Of a stretch of DNA of 32,000 nt, positions 24,477 to 32,000 are shown one piece after another. Position 1 is the first letter of the stretch; every line of letters starts with the position of its first letter. The stretch is from Candidatus Omnitrophota bacterium. Lineage in GTDB: Bacteria > Omnitrophota > Gorgyraeia > Zapsychrales > JANLHA01. The position numbers and the translations under genes are program-made. A model generated the notes under the pieces. It searched no databases, was not told where the DNA came from, and was given only the letters and a program-made list of their open reading frames with translations. Location: assembly GCA_963662715.1 (NCBI GenBank), contig OY759724.1:990001-1022000 (forward strand), in the 5' to 3' direction.

Positions 24477-26894
24477 TTATTCTATCACAACTTTAACCTT
24501 ATGAACCTGGGCATCTTTAAAAGGAACAATGATATCCCCTTCTATGACCTGCCCATCCACCGTGATCGTTTTCCGGCCTTTTTCCTTGCCTTGAGGGTTA
24601 AAAATCTCTATTTCATAAACATCCCCCCGGAAGGGCCGGCGGATAAAACATTTTTTCCACTGAGGAGGAAGACACGGATCAATCCTCAATCCCTCATAAT
24701 CTCTCCGCACCCCCAGAATCCATTCCGTAGCCAACATAAAATTCCATCCCGACGTTCCGGTAATCCAGGTAAAAGCCCCCTCCCCGTAACGGTAGGGGTT
24801 GCCAGGCCCGACTAAATATTCGGCAAAAACATACGGTTCCGTCTTATACAGCTCCATATTCTTTTGTTTGTTGGGCATGATCTTACACACAGCCTCATAA
24901 GCTTTGGCCCCGTAGCCGGCCATGGCATACCCGACCGCCATAAAAGTGGCGGCGTGGCAGAAAACAGCGGCATTCTCTTTTGTCCCTTCAGAAAACATGC
25001 TGATGCGTCCCAGCCTCTGAACCCAGTCAGAATAGGCAGGAGCAAAAAGAGCCAGCCCATGGGGACCGTTAAGATATTTATCCGTGGCCTGCAGGATTTT
25101 TTTCAAGCGATCACCCCGGGCCACTTCTGAAAGCACTGCCCAGGCCTGCGCATTTAAAAAGATTTTGCCTTCCTTGTCTTTCTTGCTTCCGTAGACCTGC
25201 CCCTGGTCATCAAATCCGCGGGCGTACCATTCTCCGTCCCAGCCCGCGGTATTTATCCGCTCATCCATCGTCTTGGCCATCTGCAAATATTCCGCTTTTT
25301 TCTGTTCTTCATTGACCAGCTGACAAAGTTCGGCTAAAACTTTAAGCGACCGGACCAAAGCTTCTGCCAACCAGACGCTTTCCCCTTTATGCTGAATACC
25401 GGCAGCGTCAATAGCATCATTCCAGTCAGCATGGCCGATTCTGGGGAACCCTTTTTCTCCGACATCGTTAAAGCAATAACGCAGATTCTTTTCTAAGTGC
25501 TCGAAAAGGGTGCCTTCCCCATCGGTCTGAGCCCCTCCTTTGTGCTGCGGATCCACCTCCCAGCCGTTGATCCACTTGTCTTTTAAATAAGGGACGTACT
25601 CAAAGAGAATATCCTTGTCTCCGGTTTCCTTAATATAAGAACTCACTGTCGCCGTCAGCCAGATGGGGTGGTCTTTATTGGGAAGAAATTTATGCGGGCC
25701 TACGGTGTCCGACCACCCGGGAGCCGATGTCCCGTCCCTGCGGATCAAAGAGGCCAGTTTTAAAATTTTTTGACGCGTTAGGGCCGCATTGATAGAAACA
25801 GCCGCCTCAGAATCCTGGGCGGAATCCCGGTAGCCCCGGCCGCCGGATCCCTCGTGGTAAAAACTCGGGGACCGTGACCAGAGATTACATATATACAGCT
25901 GGTATTTCACCCAAATGTTGAAAAGGGTGTCGAAATCTTTATCCGGGGTTTTACAGACAATATTATCCACGACACGCTTCTTCCAGATATCCTGTGTCCG
26001 GATCAGCTCCTGCCTGGCTAATTTGGGTTGACGATACTTAGCAACGGTCTTCCCGATACCTGAGATATCATGGCTCTGTCCTAAAACGACCGTGAATTCT
26101 TTAGACTGCCCCGGGCCTAATGTCAGCGTATGCTTATAGGCTCCTATGCTGTCTTCCCCGGAACAGAGATAAAAATTCTTGAAATGACCGTCAATCACCG
26201 CCTCCGGCTTTTCCTCGGTGTTATAACGGCCCAGGAACGCATCTTTCTGAGTGCAACAGCCCTTGACGGGCAAGGAAGAAGCAAAGTATATCAGGGAATC
26301 AAACGGCTGGATATTCATCCCCTGCCATTGAGCGGTCTTCTTGGCATACACAACTTTCTGTTTTTTATCAAACCATACCCGGTTGTATAAGTTCATAATG
26401 TTCCGGTATCTCAAATCCTCATGATAATCTCCTATGAGAAATTCCACATAAGGGTAAACTTCCAGTTTTTTTTCCTTTTTCGACGGATTCGTGATGTTCA
26501 CCAGCCAAACTTCACAGGATTCATCCTCCGGCACAAAAAAAGTTACTTCCGAGCGGACACCATTATTCAAGGCGGAAATCGTCGTATACCCCAGGCCATG
26601 CCGGCATTCATACTGCTGAGGCGTCACCCGAAGAGGCTGGTATGTCAAAGACCAGGCTTTCTTACCTTCTCGCATAAAGATGTATTTCCCCGGCCGGTCA
26701 AAATGCCAGTTTTCCGGGGCCCAGCGCGTAATACGGTTGCTTCGGCAGTCCTTATAAAAACTGTATCCCCCGGCACACTGTGAGAGGATACAACAGTAAT
26801 TTTCATTTGTAAGATAATTGATCCAGGGGCGGGGCGTGAGCGGAGTTGTAATAACATATTCTAAGCCTGATTTTGAAAAATATCCGTACTTCAT
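24477..26894 (-). CDS. GH94-family glycoside phosphorylase (cellobiose/chitobiose/beta-glucan-oligosaccharide phosphorylase type)
   Basis: From ORF 24477..27050. MKYGYFSKSGLEYVITTPLTPRPWINYLTNE is the canonical N-terminus of cellobiose-phosphorylase-like enzymes. GSGGRGYRDSAQD and RIGHADWNDAID (Asp542 in ORF numbering, 25425-25427) match the conserved catalytic-centre segments from memory. The start is set at ATG 26894 (AAGAGGA 8 nt upstream), giving 805 aa. Confidence 0.9.
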   Translation of the reverse strand: MKYGYFSKSGLEYVITTPLTPRPWINYLTNENYCCILSQCAGGYSFYKDCRSNRITRWAPENWHFDRPGKYIFMREGKKAWSLTYQPLRVTPQQYECRHGLGYTTISALNNGVRSEVTFFVPEDESCEVWLVNITNPSKKEKKLEVYPYVEFLIGDYHEDLRYRNIMNLYNRVWFDKKQKVVYAKKTAQWQGMNIQPFDSLIYFASSLPVKGCCTQKDAFLGRYNTEEKPEAVIDGHFKNFYLCSGEDSIGAYKHTLTLGPGQSKEFTVVLGQSHDISGIGKTVAKYRQPKLARQELIRTQDIWKKRVVDNIVCKTPDKDFDTLFNIWVKYQLYICNLWSRSPSFYHEGSGGRGYRDSAQDSEAAVSINAALTRQKILKLASLIRRDGTSAPGWSDTVGPHKFLPNKDHPIWLTATVSSYIKETGDKDILFEYVPYLKDKWINGWEVDPQHKGGAQTDGEGTLFEHLEKNLRYCFNDVGEKGFPRIGHADWNDAIDAAGIQHKGESVWLAEALVRSLKVLAELCQLVNEEQKKAEYLQMAKTMDERINTAGWDGEWYARGFDDQGQVYGSKKDKEGKIFLNAQAWAVLSEVARGDRLKKILQATDKYLNGPHGLALFAPAYSDWVQRLGRISMFSEGTKENAAVFCHAATFMAVGYAMAGYGAKAYEAVCKIMPNKQKNMELYKTEPYVFAEYLVGPGNPYRYGEGAFTWITGTSGWNFMLATEWILGVRRDYEGLRIDPCLPPQWKKCFIRRPFRGDVYEIEIFNPQGKEKGRKTITVDGQVIEGDIIVPFKDAQVHKVKVVIE

Positions 26895-26955
26895 ATGGTC
26901 CATCCTCTTTCTGATAATGTTATTATTTTGAAAAATATAGTAAAGAATACGTGGG

Positions 26956-26984
26956 ATATTATCATAGAGAAAAATTGCGGTCAA
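26956..26984 (-). promoter_or_regulatory. sigma70-like promoter for the GH94 gene (TTGACC-17-TAATAT)
   Basis: The minus strand reads tcTTGACCgcaatttttctctatgaTAATATccc. The -35 is at 26984-26979 and the -10 at 26961-26956. It lies inside the ORF-track N-terminal extension, which supports the shorter start. Confidence 0.55.
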
Positions 26985-27110
26985 GATTTTTCCCAGATTA
27001 ATCGCGATAAACAGGCGGGATACTGGCCTTGATCGTGTTTCAGATACCACGCGGGGATTCTGCTCTCTAAACAGGCAAAGTCGGTGGCCTACCCCCCGAC
27101 TCCGCTCATT

Positions 27111-27671
27111 CTACTGGGCGCCGACCTTGTCTTTAAAATAGTCTACGGCGACCTGCATGCTTTCCTCCAAAAGCTTCGGAGTATTCACAAGATGTTTTTG
27201 GCCGGTTGGGCTGGAATAAAAGTCGATCAGATCCTGAAGTTCTTCCGCTGTGTAATATTTAGAGTAGACAGGGATCAGCTGTTCAATAACATCATCCGGG
27301 ATCAAAACCCTTCTTAAATTCTCCCGTGTTTCTTCCGGGGCCTGTTCGATAATCTGGTTGAATATTATCTGCATGTTACTGCGGGCCTTATTCGCCTTGA
27401 GCAGTTCAAAGATCAATTCCCTTTTCTCGGCCGCATCCTTTCTTTTCTCCCGCCGTTCTTTGGAAATATCTTCATCCCGGATAACTTTCTCAACCTCTTC
27501 ATAATAAATTGTCTGCAGAACCTCACCGACTAAAACCTTCATGGAATACTTGCTCTCCTTCACAATCTTACCGGAAATCTCACGGCCCCCCTTTAAATAA
27601 ATAACGTCGGCAAAGACGCGGGCAGGGAAAAGCATTGCTACCATTAACAGCGCTAAAATTTTATTTTTCAT
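27111..27671 (-). CDS. Secreted DUF2059-like protein with a small N-terminal beta domain
   Basis: From ORF 27111..27746. I prefer ATG 27671 (MKNKILALLMVAMLFPARVFA signal peptide, AAGGAG 6 nt upstream). The C-terminal half, LIPVYSKYYTAEELQDLIDFYSSPTGQKHL, is the DUF2059 hallmark (YT..EL..L..FY.SP.GQK) from memory. Confidence 0.7.
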   Translation of the reverse strand: MKNKILALLMVAMLFPARVFADVIYLKGGREISGKIVKESKYSMKVLVGEVLQTIYYEEVEKVIRDEDISKERREKRKDAAEKRELIFELLKANKARSNMQIIFNQIIEQAPEETRENLRRVLIPDDVIEQLIPVYSKYYTAEELQDLIDFYSSPTGQKHLVNTPKLLEESMQVAVDYFKDKVGAQ

Positions 27672-27830
27672 AATGATCTCCTTATTCCTTAAATAACAAT
27701 CTTTGATTCTTTGAAATACCCGACACCTCAACAGCATGCATCGCAATTCAGCCCCCGGACTTTATCAAAAGCGTTTCGGCTTAACCCGCAAGAATAGAAG
27801 TTGCGACCCAAAATTAAATATGTTACGATA

Positions 27831-28919
27831 ATGCCCATGTTAACACAAATGAGAAAAAAAATCGACCAAAGTTTAGAAGCCTTCCTGAACAAGGCTTATA
27901 AAGAATATAACCTTCAGCAGATTGACCCCATCCTCTTTCACAGCATCAGAGATTTCGTACTGCGCCCCGGGAAGCGCATCCGCCCTCTTCTCTTAATTTG
28001 CAGTTATAAAGGATACTGCCGCAAAAGCATCCGGATGACGCCTTCCATTTACTATGTCTCCTCCTGCATCGAATTACTGCACAATTTCATGCTGATTCAC
28101 GATGATATTATCGACCGTTCGGACTTGCGCAGGGGAAAGCCGACGATGCACAAAATGCTTGAAAAAGCCGCTAAAACACCGGATCCGGCCCGTTTGGGCA
28201 CAGACTTGAGCATTATTGCCGGAGATATCGTCTATGCCTTAGCTATCGACGCTTTTCTATCGATCAACGAAGACAAGAAACGGAAAGAAAAAGCTTTGAA
28301 GTATTTTATTCAGACAGCGGTTTTTACGGCCATGGGGGAATTTATTGATACCTTGCACGGGAACAGGAAGATCCCCCAGGTCACAGAAAAAGATGTCTTT
28401 CTGAACTATTCTCTTAAAACAGCCCGCTACACCTTTGACTGTCCGCTAGTCGTCGGCGCCATTTTAGCCGGAGCCAATGAGCAGGACACGCGCCTTTTAT
28501 CAGAACTCGGACTCCTGATCGGACAGGCCTTCCAAATACAAGACGACATCATCGGGGTGTTTGATACACAAAAAAACATCGGCAAGTCCATATTAAGCGA
28601 CATCGCCGAATCAAAAAAAACCCTGCTGGTCTGCCATGCCTACCGGCACCTCAAAGGGAAACAGCGCTCCCAATTCCTCTATTATTTCACCAAACCCCAC
28701 ACAACCTATAAGGATCTCACGGCGCTGCGGAAAATTTTTATCCAGACAGGCAGCCTGGCCTACAGCCTGGATCAGATCCAGACCCGGTTAAAGCGTTCCG
28801 AAAAAATCCTGAAAAAGCTGAAGATAAAAAAACAACACCTCCATTATATAGAGAAGCTTCTTTTGGAATTATTCCACCACAGCCGGCGTATCGCTCAACA
28901 TAACCACATTTCCTTTTAA
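27831..28919 (+). CDS. trans-Polyprenyl diphosphate synthase (probably a GGPP-type short-chain enzyme)
   Basis: From ORF 27801..28919 (TTG). The first ATG is at 27831; the start is uncertain. FARM is LLHNFMLIHDDIIDRSDLRRGKPT (DDxxD without the two-residue insertion, Phe five residues upstream). SARM is GQAFQIQDDIIG. The chain-length call is inference only. Confidence 0.85.
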   Translation: MPMLTQMRKKIDQSLEAFLNKAYKEYNLQQIDPILFHSIRDFVLRPGKRIRPLLLICSYKGYCRKSIRMTPSIYYVSSCIELLHNFMLIHDDIIDRSDLRRGKPTMHKMLEKAAKTPDPARLGTDLSIIAGDIVYALAIDAFLSINEDKKRKEKALKYFIQTAVFTAMGEFIDTLHGNRKIPQVTEKDVFLNYSLKTARYTFDCPLVVGAILAGANEQDTRLLSELGLLIGQAFQIQDDIIGVFDTQKNIGKSILSDIAESKKTLLVCHAYRHLKGKQRSQFLYYFTKPHTTYKDLTALRKIFIQTGSLAYSLDQIQTRLKRSEKILKKLKIKKQHLHYIEKLLLELFHHSRRIAQHNHISF

Positions 28920-29076
28920 TTGTTCTCTTGCATTGAAACGTGCCACAAAGCGAACTTTTTTCAATTCCTTATCCGGGATACTTTACAATAAATTTTGCGG
29001 TCAGGGATTATAAGAAGAAAGGATTCGGAATCGCGCGATATCGGGCACGCGGTATTTCCTCGCGCTAAAATATATA

Positions 29077-30180
29077 TTACATAAGATACGGCATCATATT
29101 ATCGAGGATAAGTCGGCCTTGCCCTGTGGCTCTTAACACCGTCTGTTCTTGCTGCAGCCACCCTTCCTTTATAAAAGTGTTAATTTGCATTCTTACTTCA
29201 TCAGGCAGCCTTATTTGATATTTTTCTTCCAATTGGCTGATATCAACACCGCGGTCCATCCTTAATCCAAAAGCCAGGCTTTCCTTCAAACGCTGAAGAG
29301 GTGACAAGACTTCATGCCCGGCCTCCGGGCTTTGGTGTTGTTCCACCCGGGACATATAATCATTCAGCTTCTCTAAATTCCAACTCCTTCGCCCCTGATT
29401 GTGGGAATGGGCCCCCACGCCCAAACCGATGTAATCCCCACCCTGCCAATAATTGACATTATGAACAGATTCGTATCCCGGCCTGGCAAAATTGCTGACT
29501 TCATACGGCTGATACCCATTGCTGGCAAGCCGTTCGTATGTCCGCCGATACATTTCTGCTTCCTGCGACCGGGGCAGAGGCTGAACGCTCCGGACGTAAA
29601 AACGGCTTCTTTGTTCAACCGTCAATGCATACAAAGACACATGTTCGCAACGGAGATCGAAAACACAACTTAAATCATATTCGATCTCATCCCAACTTTC
29701 CTGCGGAAAAGAATACATCAAGTCAAGATTAACATTACTGAAACCGCGCGTCCGCAACATCGCAAAAGCCTTATAAGCAGCGGCCGCCTGATGATTACGG
29801 CCTAAAAAACTCAAATATTTATCATGAAACGTCTGCGCTCCCAGACTGACCCGGTTAACCCCCAGGCCATACAAAACGTCCGCTTTCTCCTCATCCATCG
29901 TTTCAGGATTCGTCTCTATCGTCACCTCTTGAATGCCGTCGCAACGGAACACCCGAAAAATATATTGCAGGAGTTCTTGCAGCTGCCGGGTTTTTAGCAG
30001 AGTGGGGGTTCCCCCTCCGATATAGACAGAACGAAGACTCTGCCCCTGATGCTGCTGAGCCTCGCGCATAAGACAATGAACATATCGGTCCATATGCTGC
30101 TCTTTTGACACAGCAACAACGAACGAACAATAAAAACATTTTTTAACACAAAAAGGAATATGAATATACAATGCGCGCAT
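29077..30180 (-). CDS. hemW: Radical SAM heme chaperone HemW (HemN-like, oxygen-independent coproporphyrinogen oxidase family)
   Basis: 367 aa. LYIHIPFCVKKCFYCSF is CxxxCxxC followed by x-Phe instead of the fourth Cys of true HemN, which is the HemW-type feature. The HNVNYWQGGDYIGLGVGAHS motif is also present. Confidence 0.85.
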   Translation of the reverse strand: MRALYIHIPFCVKKCFYCSFVVAVSKEQHMDRYVHCLMREAQQHQGQSLRSVYIGGGTPTLLKTRQLQELLQYIFRVFRCDGIQEVTIETNPETMDEEKADVLYGLGVNRVSLGAQTFHDKYLSFLGRNHQAAAAYKAFAMLRTRGFSNVNLDLMYSFPQESWDEIEYDLSCVFDLRCEHVSLYALTVEQRSRFYVRSVQPLPRSQEAEMYRRTYERLASNGYQPYEVSNFARPGYESVHNVNYWQGGDYIGLGVGAHSHNQGRRSWNLEKLNDYMSRVEQHQSPEAGHEVLSPLQRLKESLAFGLRMDRGVDISQLEEKYQIRLPDEVRMQINTFIKEGWLQQEQTVLRATGQGRLILDNMMPYLM

Positions 30181-30370
30181 ATTTTTTTATTTCTTTTTTT
30201 ATCATCAACAGGCCATTTAACTCTTGTGATCCCGCGCTATGATCGCGCCATAGTAATTATATTTTTTTCTCGACGGGAATTTTCACATTATTTTATCATT
30301 CTTCAAATAAAACGGACAACATTTTTTAACAACGAAAACATTTATTATTAAAAAAAACTTAAATTATTTT

Positions 30371-30398
30371 TTGCATTGAACTATGTGTGTGTTATCAT
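30371..30398 (+). promoter_or_regulatory. Extended -10 promoter for the lysine-rich protein gene (TTGCAT-16-TATCAT with TGT)
   Basis: The plus strand reads ttTTGCATtgaactatgtgtgTGTTATCATtt. The -35 is at 30371-30376 and the -10 at 30393-30398, in a very AT-rich context. Confidence 0.5.
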
Positions 30399-30446
30399 TT
30401 AATTAATAATATTAAAAATACTTCTTTCAAGAAAGGAGAAAGGAAC

Positions 30447-30590
30447 ATGCCAGTAAAAAAGAAAGCAGCTAAGAAAAAAGTTGCCAAGAAAAAAGTCGTA
30501 AAGAAGAAAGTCGCAAAGAAGAAAGTTGCCAAGAAGAAAGTCGCAAAGAAGAAAGTTGCTAAGAAAAAAGTCGCTGCTAAGAGAAAATAA
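30447..30590 (+). CDS. 47-aa lysine-rich histone-H1-like / nucleoid-associated protein
   Basis: The ORF track starts at 30387, but AAGGAGAAAGG sits 5 nt before ATG 30447. The product is MPVKKKAAKKKVAKKKVVKKKVAKKKVAKKKVAKKKVAKKKVAAKRK. It is monocistronic, lying between a promoter and a strong terminator. Confidence 0.7.
   Translation: MPVKKKAAKKKVAKKKVVKKKVAKKKVAKKKVAKKKVAKKKVAAKRK
30465..30569 (+). repeat. Seven tandem 15-bp units (coding, KKKVA pentapeptide)
   Basis: The units are gcagctaagaaaaaa / gttgccaagaaaaaa / gtcgtaaagaagaaa / gtcgcaaagaagaaa / gttgccaagaagaaa / gtcgcaaagaagaaa / gttgctaagaaaaaa. The 30-bp pair gtcgcaaagaagaaa-gttgc(c/t)aaga(a/g)aaa occurs twice in a row. Confidence 0.9.
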
Positions 30591-30611
30591 TTTTTCTGTA
30601 CTCTTTAAAAA

Positions 30612-30639
30612 CCCCCTGACATCTTCAGGGGGTTTTTTT
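30612..30639 (+). terminator. Intrinsic terminator after the lysine-rich protein gene
   Basis: ccccctga-catct-tcaggggg (8-bp stem, 30612-30619 / 30625-30632) followed by ttttttt (30633-30639). It lies 21 nt after the stop. Confidence 0.8.
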
Positions 30640-30703
30640 ATCCCTTTGATTATTCAACTGTCTGCTTGATTGATACCGGCAACATTATTATACTATAGAA
30701 ACC

Positions 30704-32000
30704 ATGACGCACTTGCTGAAAAAAAGAGCTCTCCTGATCCCCTGCTTTTTGAGCTTGCTGCTTATCATCGCATTTTATGACGTTGTCTTTCTTAATAAAA
30801 CCTTTAAAGTCACCACCGCTAATTCCCAGGCCCTGCCCACAGGCGCTTACGGGCAAGAAAACAATAAACCCAAATTTATCCCCGTCAACGGGACAGATTC
30901 CCCGGTCCTCGAAGAACCCGCATATGCTTTTATCAAAAAAAATCTGAAAAAAGGGATACTTCCTCTCTGGAACCCCCACCAGGCCTGCGGATATCCTTTC
31001 ATCGCCATGATGCAAATAGGCATCTTCTATCCCCTGAATTTCATTCTTTATATCTTTCCGGACTACTATGCCTGGGATCTGCTCATACTGGCGCGTCTCT
31101 TATTAGCCGGATGCCTGACATTCTGGTTCATGAGAACCCTCGGCTTCAAAACGGCCCCCGCGCTCTGTTCCGCGGTTGCTTTTATGTTAAGCGGTCCGCT
31201 CCTCCTGCTGCAATACTGGACCGCCAATGTCGACATCACAACCCCCTTGATCCTTTTGGCGGCAGAAAGACTTGTCAGATACCACAAAATGAAAGACGCG
31301 GCTTTCCTGAGTCTCGCGGCGGCCTTTTCCATATTGGGAGGACATCCGGAAAACGTGTTTCTGGGGAATTTTTATAGCTTTTGTTTTTTTGTCTTCCGGC
31401 TATGGGCACACCGAAAAACCGTCCCGGTCCGGAGAACGGTCCTGCTATATGTCATGGCCTACTTTTGGGCTCTGGGGCTTACGGCGTTTGACACTTTCCC
31501 CTTCTTTAAAAATCTTCTTTTTGAATTCTGGAGCGCACACCCTGAAGGGGTCGGCCTTTTGCTGGAGGAGCACCGCTCCCGCGCCTTAACTCTCGCCCTG
31601 CCCTATTTCTTCCAGGACGTCCCGCTCACTTATAAATGGGTTTTCTCCGGCTGGTGGGGAGGGTATATCGGGACACTGCCTTTTGCCCTGGCTTTCATCA
31701 GCCTTTACAACAAACAAAAAAAGGGTGCAAATTATTTCTTTGCCGTCATCGCCTTTCTTATCATCAGCAAACAATATGCCCTGCCTTTTATTAATTGGAT
31801 CGGATATCTGCCCTTGTTCAGCTCCTGCCGTTTTGCCAGCCACACCCCTTCCTTGGCGGCTTTTTCCCTGGCCGTATTAACGGGGATGGGGGTCAGAAGT
31901 ATTGTCCTCAGCCGAAATTTATTCTTAAAAGGAATTCCCTTCAGCCTCTTTCTCATAATCACCATAACGCTCCATCTCGTTTTTCATAATGATCCGGAGA
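30704..32000 (+). CDS. Polytopic membrane protein, YfhO-like (possible GT-C-type glycosyltransferase); 3-prime end beyond the window
   Basis: Not in the ORF track because it is open at the edge. I translated the frame by hand from ATG 30704 to 32000 and found 432 codons with no stop: MTHLLKKRALLIPCFLSLLLIIAFYD...GILPLWNPHQACGYPFIAMMQIGIFYPLNFILYIFP...LLLAGCLTFWFMRTLGF.... It has many hydrophobic helices. The LWNP....G.P motif near the first loop recalls YfhO-family proteins from memory. There is no clear RBS. Confidence 0.8.
   Translation, partial: MTHLLKKRALLIPCFLSLLLIIAFYDVVFLNKTFKVTTANSQALPTGAYGQENNKPKFIPVNGTDSPVLEEPAYAFIKKNLKKGILPLWNPHQACGYPFIAMMQIGIFYPLNFILYIFPDYYAWDLLILARLLLAGCLTFWFMRTLGFKTAPALCSAVAFMLSGPLLLLQYWTANVDITTPLILLAAERLVRYHKMKDAAFLSLAAAFSILGGHPENVFLGNFYSFCFFVFRLWAHRKTVPVRRTVLLYVMAYFWALGLTAFDTFPFFKNLLFEFWSAHPEGVGLLLEEHRSRALTLALPYFFQDVPLTYKWVFSGWWGGYIGTLPFALAFISLYNKQKKGANYFFAVIAFLIISKQYALPFINWIGYLPLFSSCRFASHTPSLAAFSLAVLTGMGVRSIVLSRNLFLKGIPFSLFLIITITLHLVFHNDPE

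Noticed and set aside
26895-27050. 52-residue N-terminal extension of the GH94 protein
   Set aside because: It contains the predicted promoter. The canonical GH94 N-terminus and RBS begin at 26894.
29040-29049. Perfect palindrome ATCGCGCGAT between the polyprenyl synthase and hemW genes, superficially similar to the AATCGCGATA palindrome at 26998-27011
   Set aside because: It lies between two convergent gene ends, not near a promoter, and differs by an extra CG. This is most likely coincidence.
30465-30569. Short tandem repeats that could be mistaken for a CRISPR-like or VNTR non-coding array
   Set aside because: The units are contiguous with no spacers, are 15 bp long and in frame, and encode the KKKVA repeats of the lysine-rich protein.
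30650-31965. Minus-strand ORFs 30650..31015, 31066..31332, 31586..31843 and 31732..31965, plus short plus-strand ORFs in other frames
   Set aside because: All are overlapped by the uninterrupted plus-strand frame from 30704 to the window end, which encodes a coherent polytopic membrane protein.
1-32000. Mobile elements, CRISPR arrays, tRNA/rRNA genes and recognisable defence or toxin-antitoxin modules
   Set aside because: I saw no transposase, integrase or Cas-like proteins, no spaced direct repeats, no tRNA-like T-arm (GGTTCGAATCC-type) sequences and no small paired ORFs of TA type on either strand.

Overview
This is a bacterial chromosomal window of roughly 27 genes, with about 20 kb co-directional on the minus strand. 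I recognised no rRNA, tRNA, CRISPR array, transposase, integrase or phage gene.

Core content, in order:
- a partial ABC ATPase plus a YtrA-like GntR regulator (1-934)
- leuS
- an AdoMetDC-fold pyruvoyl decarboxylase and a tiny membrane-anchored zinc-ribbon ORF
- a thiS-thiG-thiH-(small ORF)-thiF thiazole cluster
- an orphan 310-aa GT-A-like protein
- a long GPH-family symporter
- a small-ORF/mnmG/TVP38 operon
- a DUF2059-like secreted protein, a polyprenyl diphosphate synthase and hemW
- a 47-aa lysine-rich histone-H1-like protein
- a partial YfhO-like polytopic membrane protein, which the ORF track misses because it runs off the window edge

The accessory part at 14.1-27.0 kb is the most worthwhile follow-up. 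It encodes a GH94 glycoside phosphorylase and a lipoprotein solute-binding protein with two permeases but no ATPase. These are followed by an 833-aa secreted clan GH-A hydrolase, a ~285-aa secreted protein and a CBM-like lipoprotein. Last come a membrane-anchored coiled-coil protein and, 11 bp downstream of it, a LacI regulator.

The hydrolase and its neighbour share an unrecognised ~125-aa helical module ending in CWD-KGWFWKPAEAA, present as three full copies plus one degenerate copy. I hypothesise it is a glycan-capture or surface-tethering module.

Other points:
- I could see no TPP riboswitch ahead of thiS.
- thiF and the orphan gene converge with a 24-bp overlap.
- Several promoters are sigma70-like with 16-17-bp spacers.

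All function calls come from motif recognition by eye. No searches were run.
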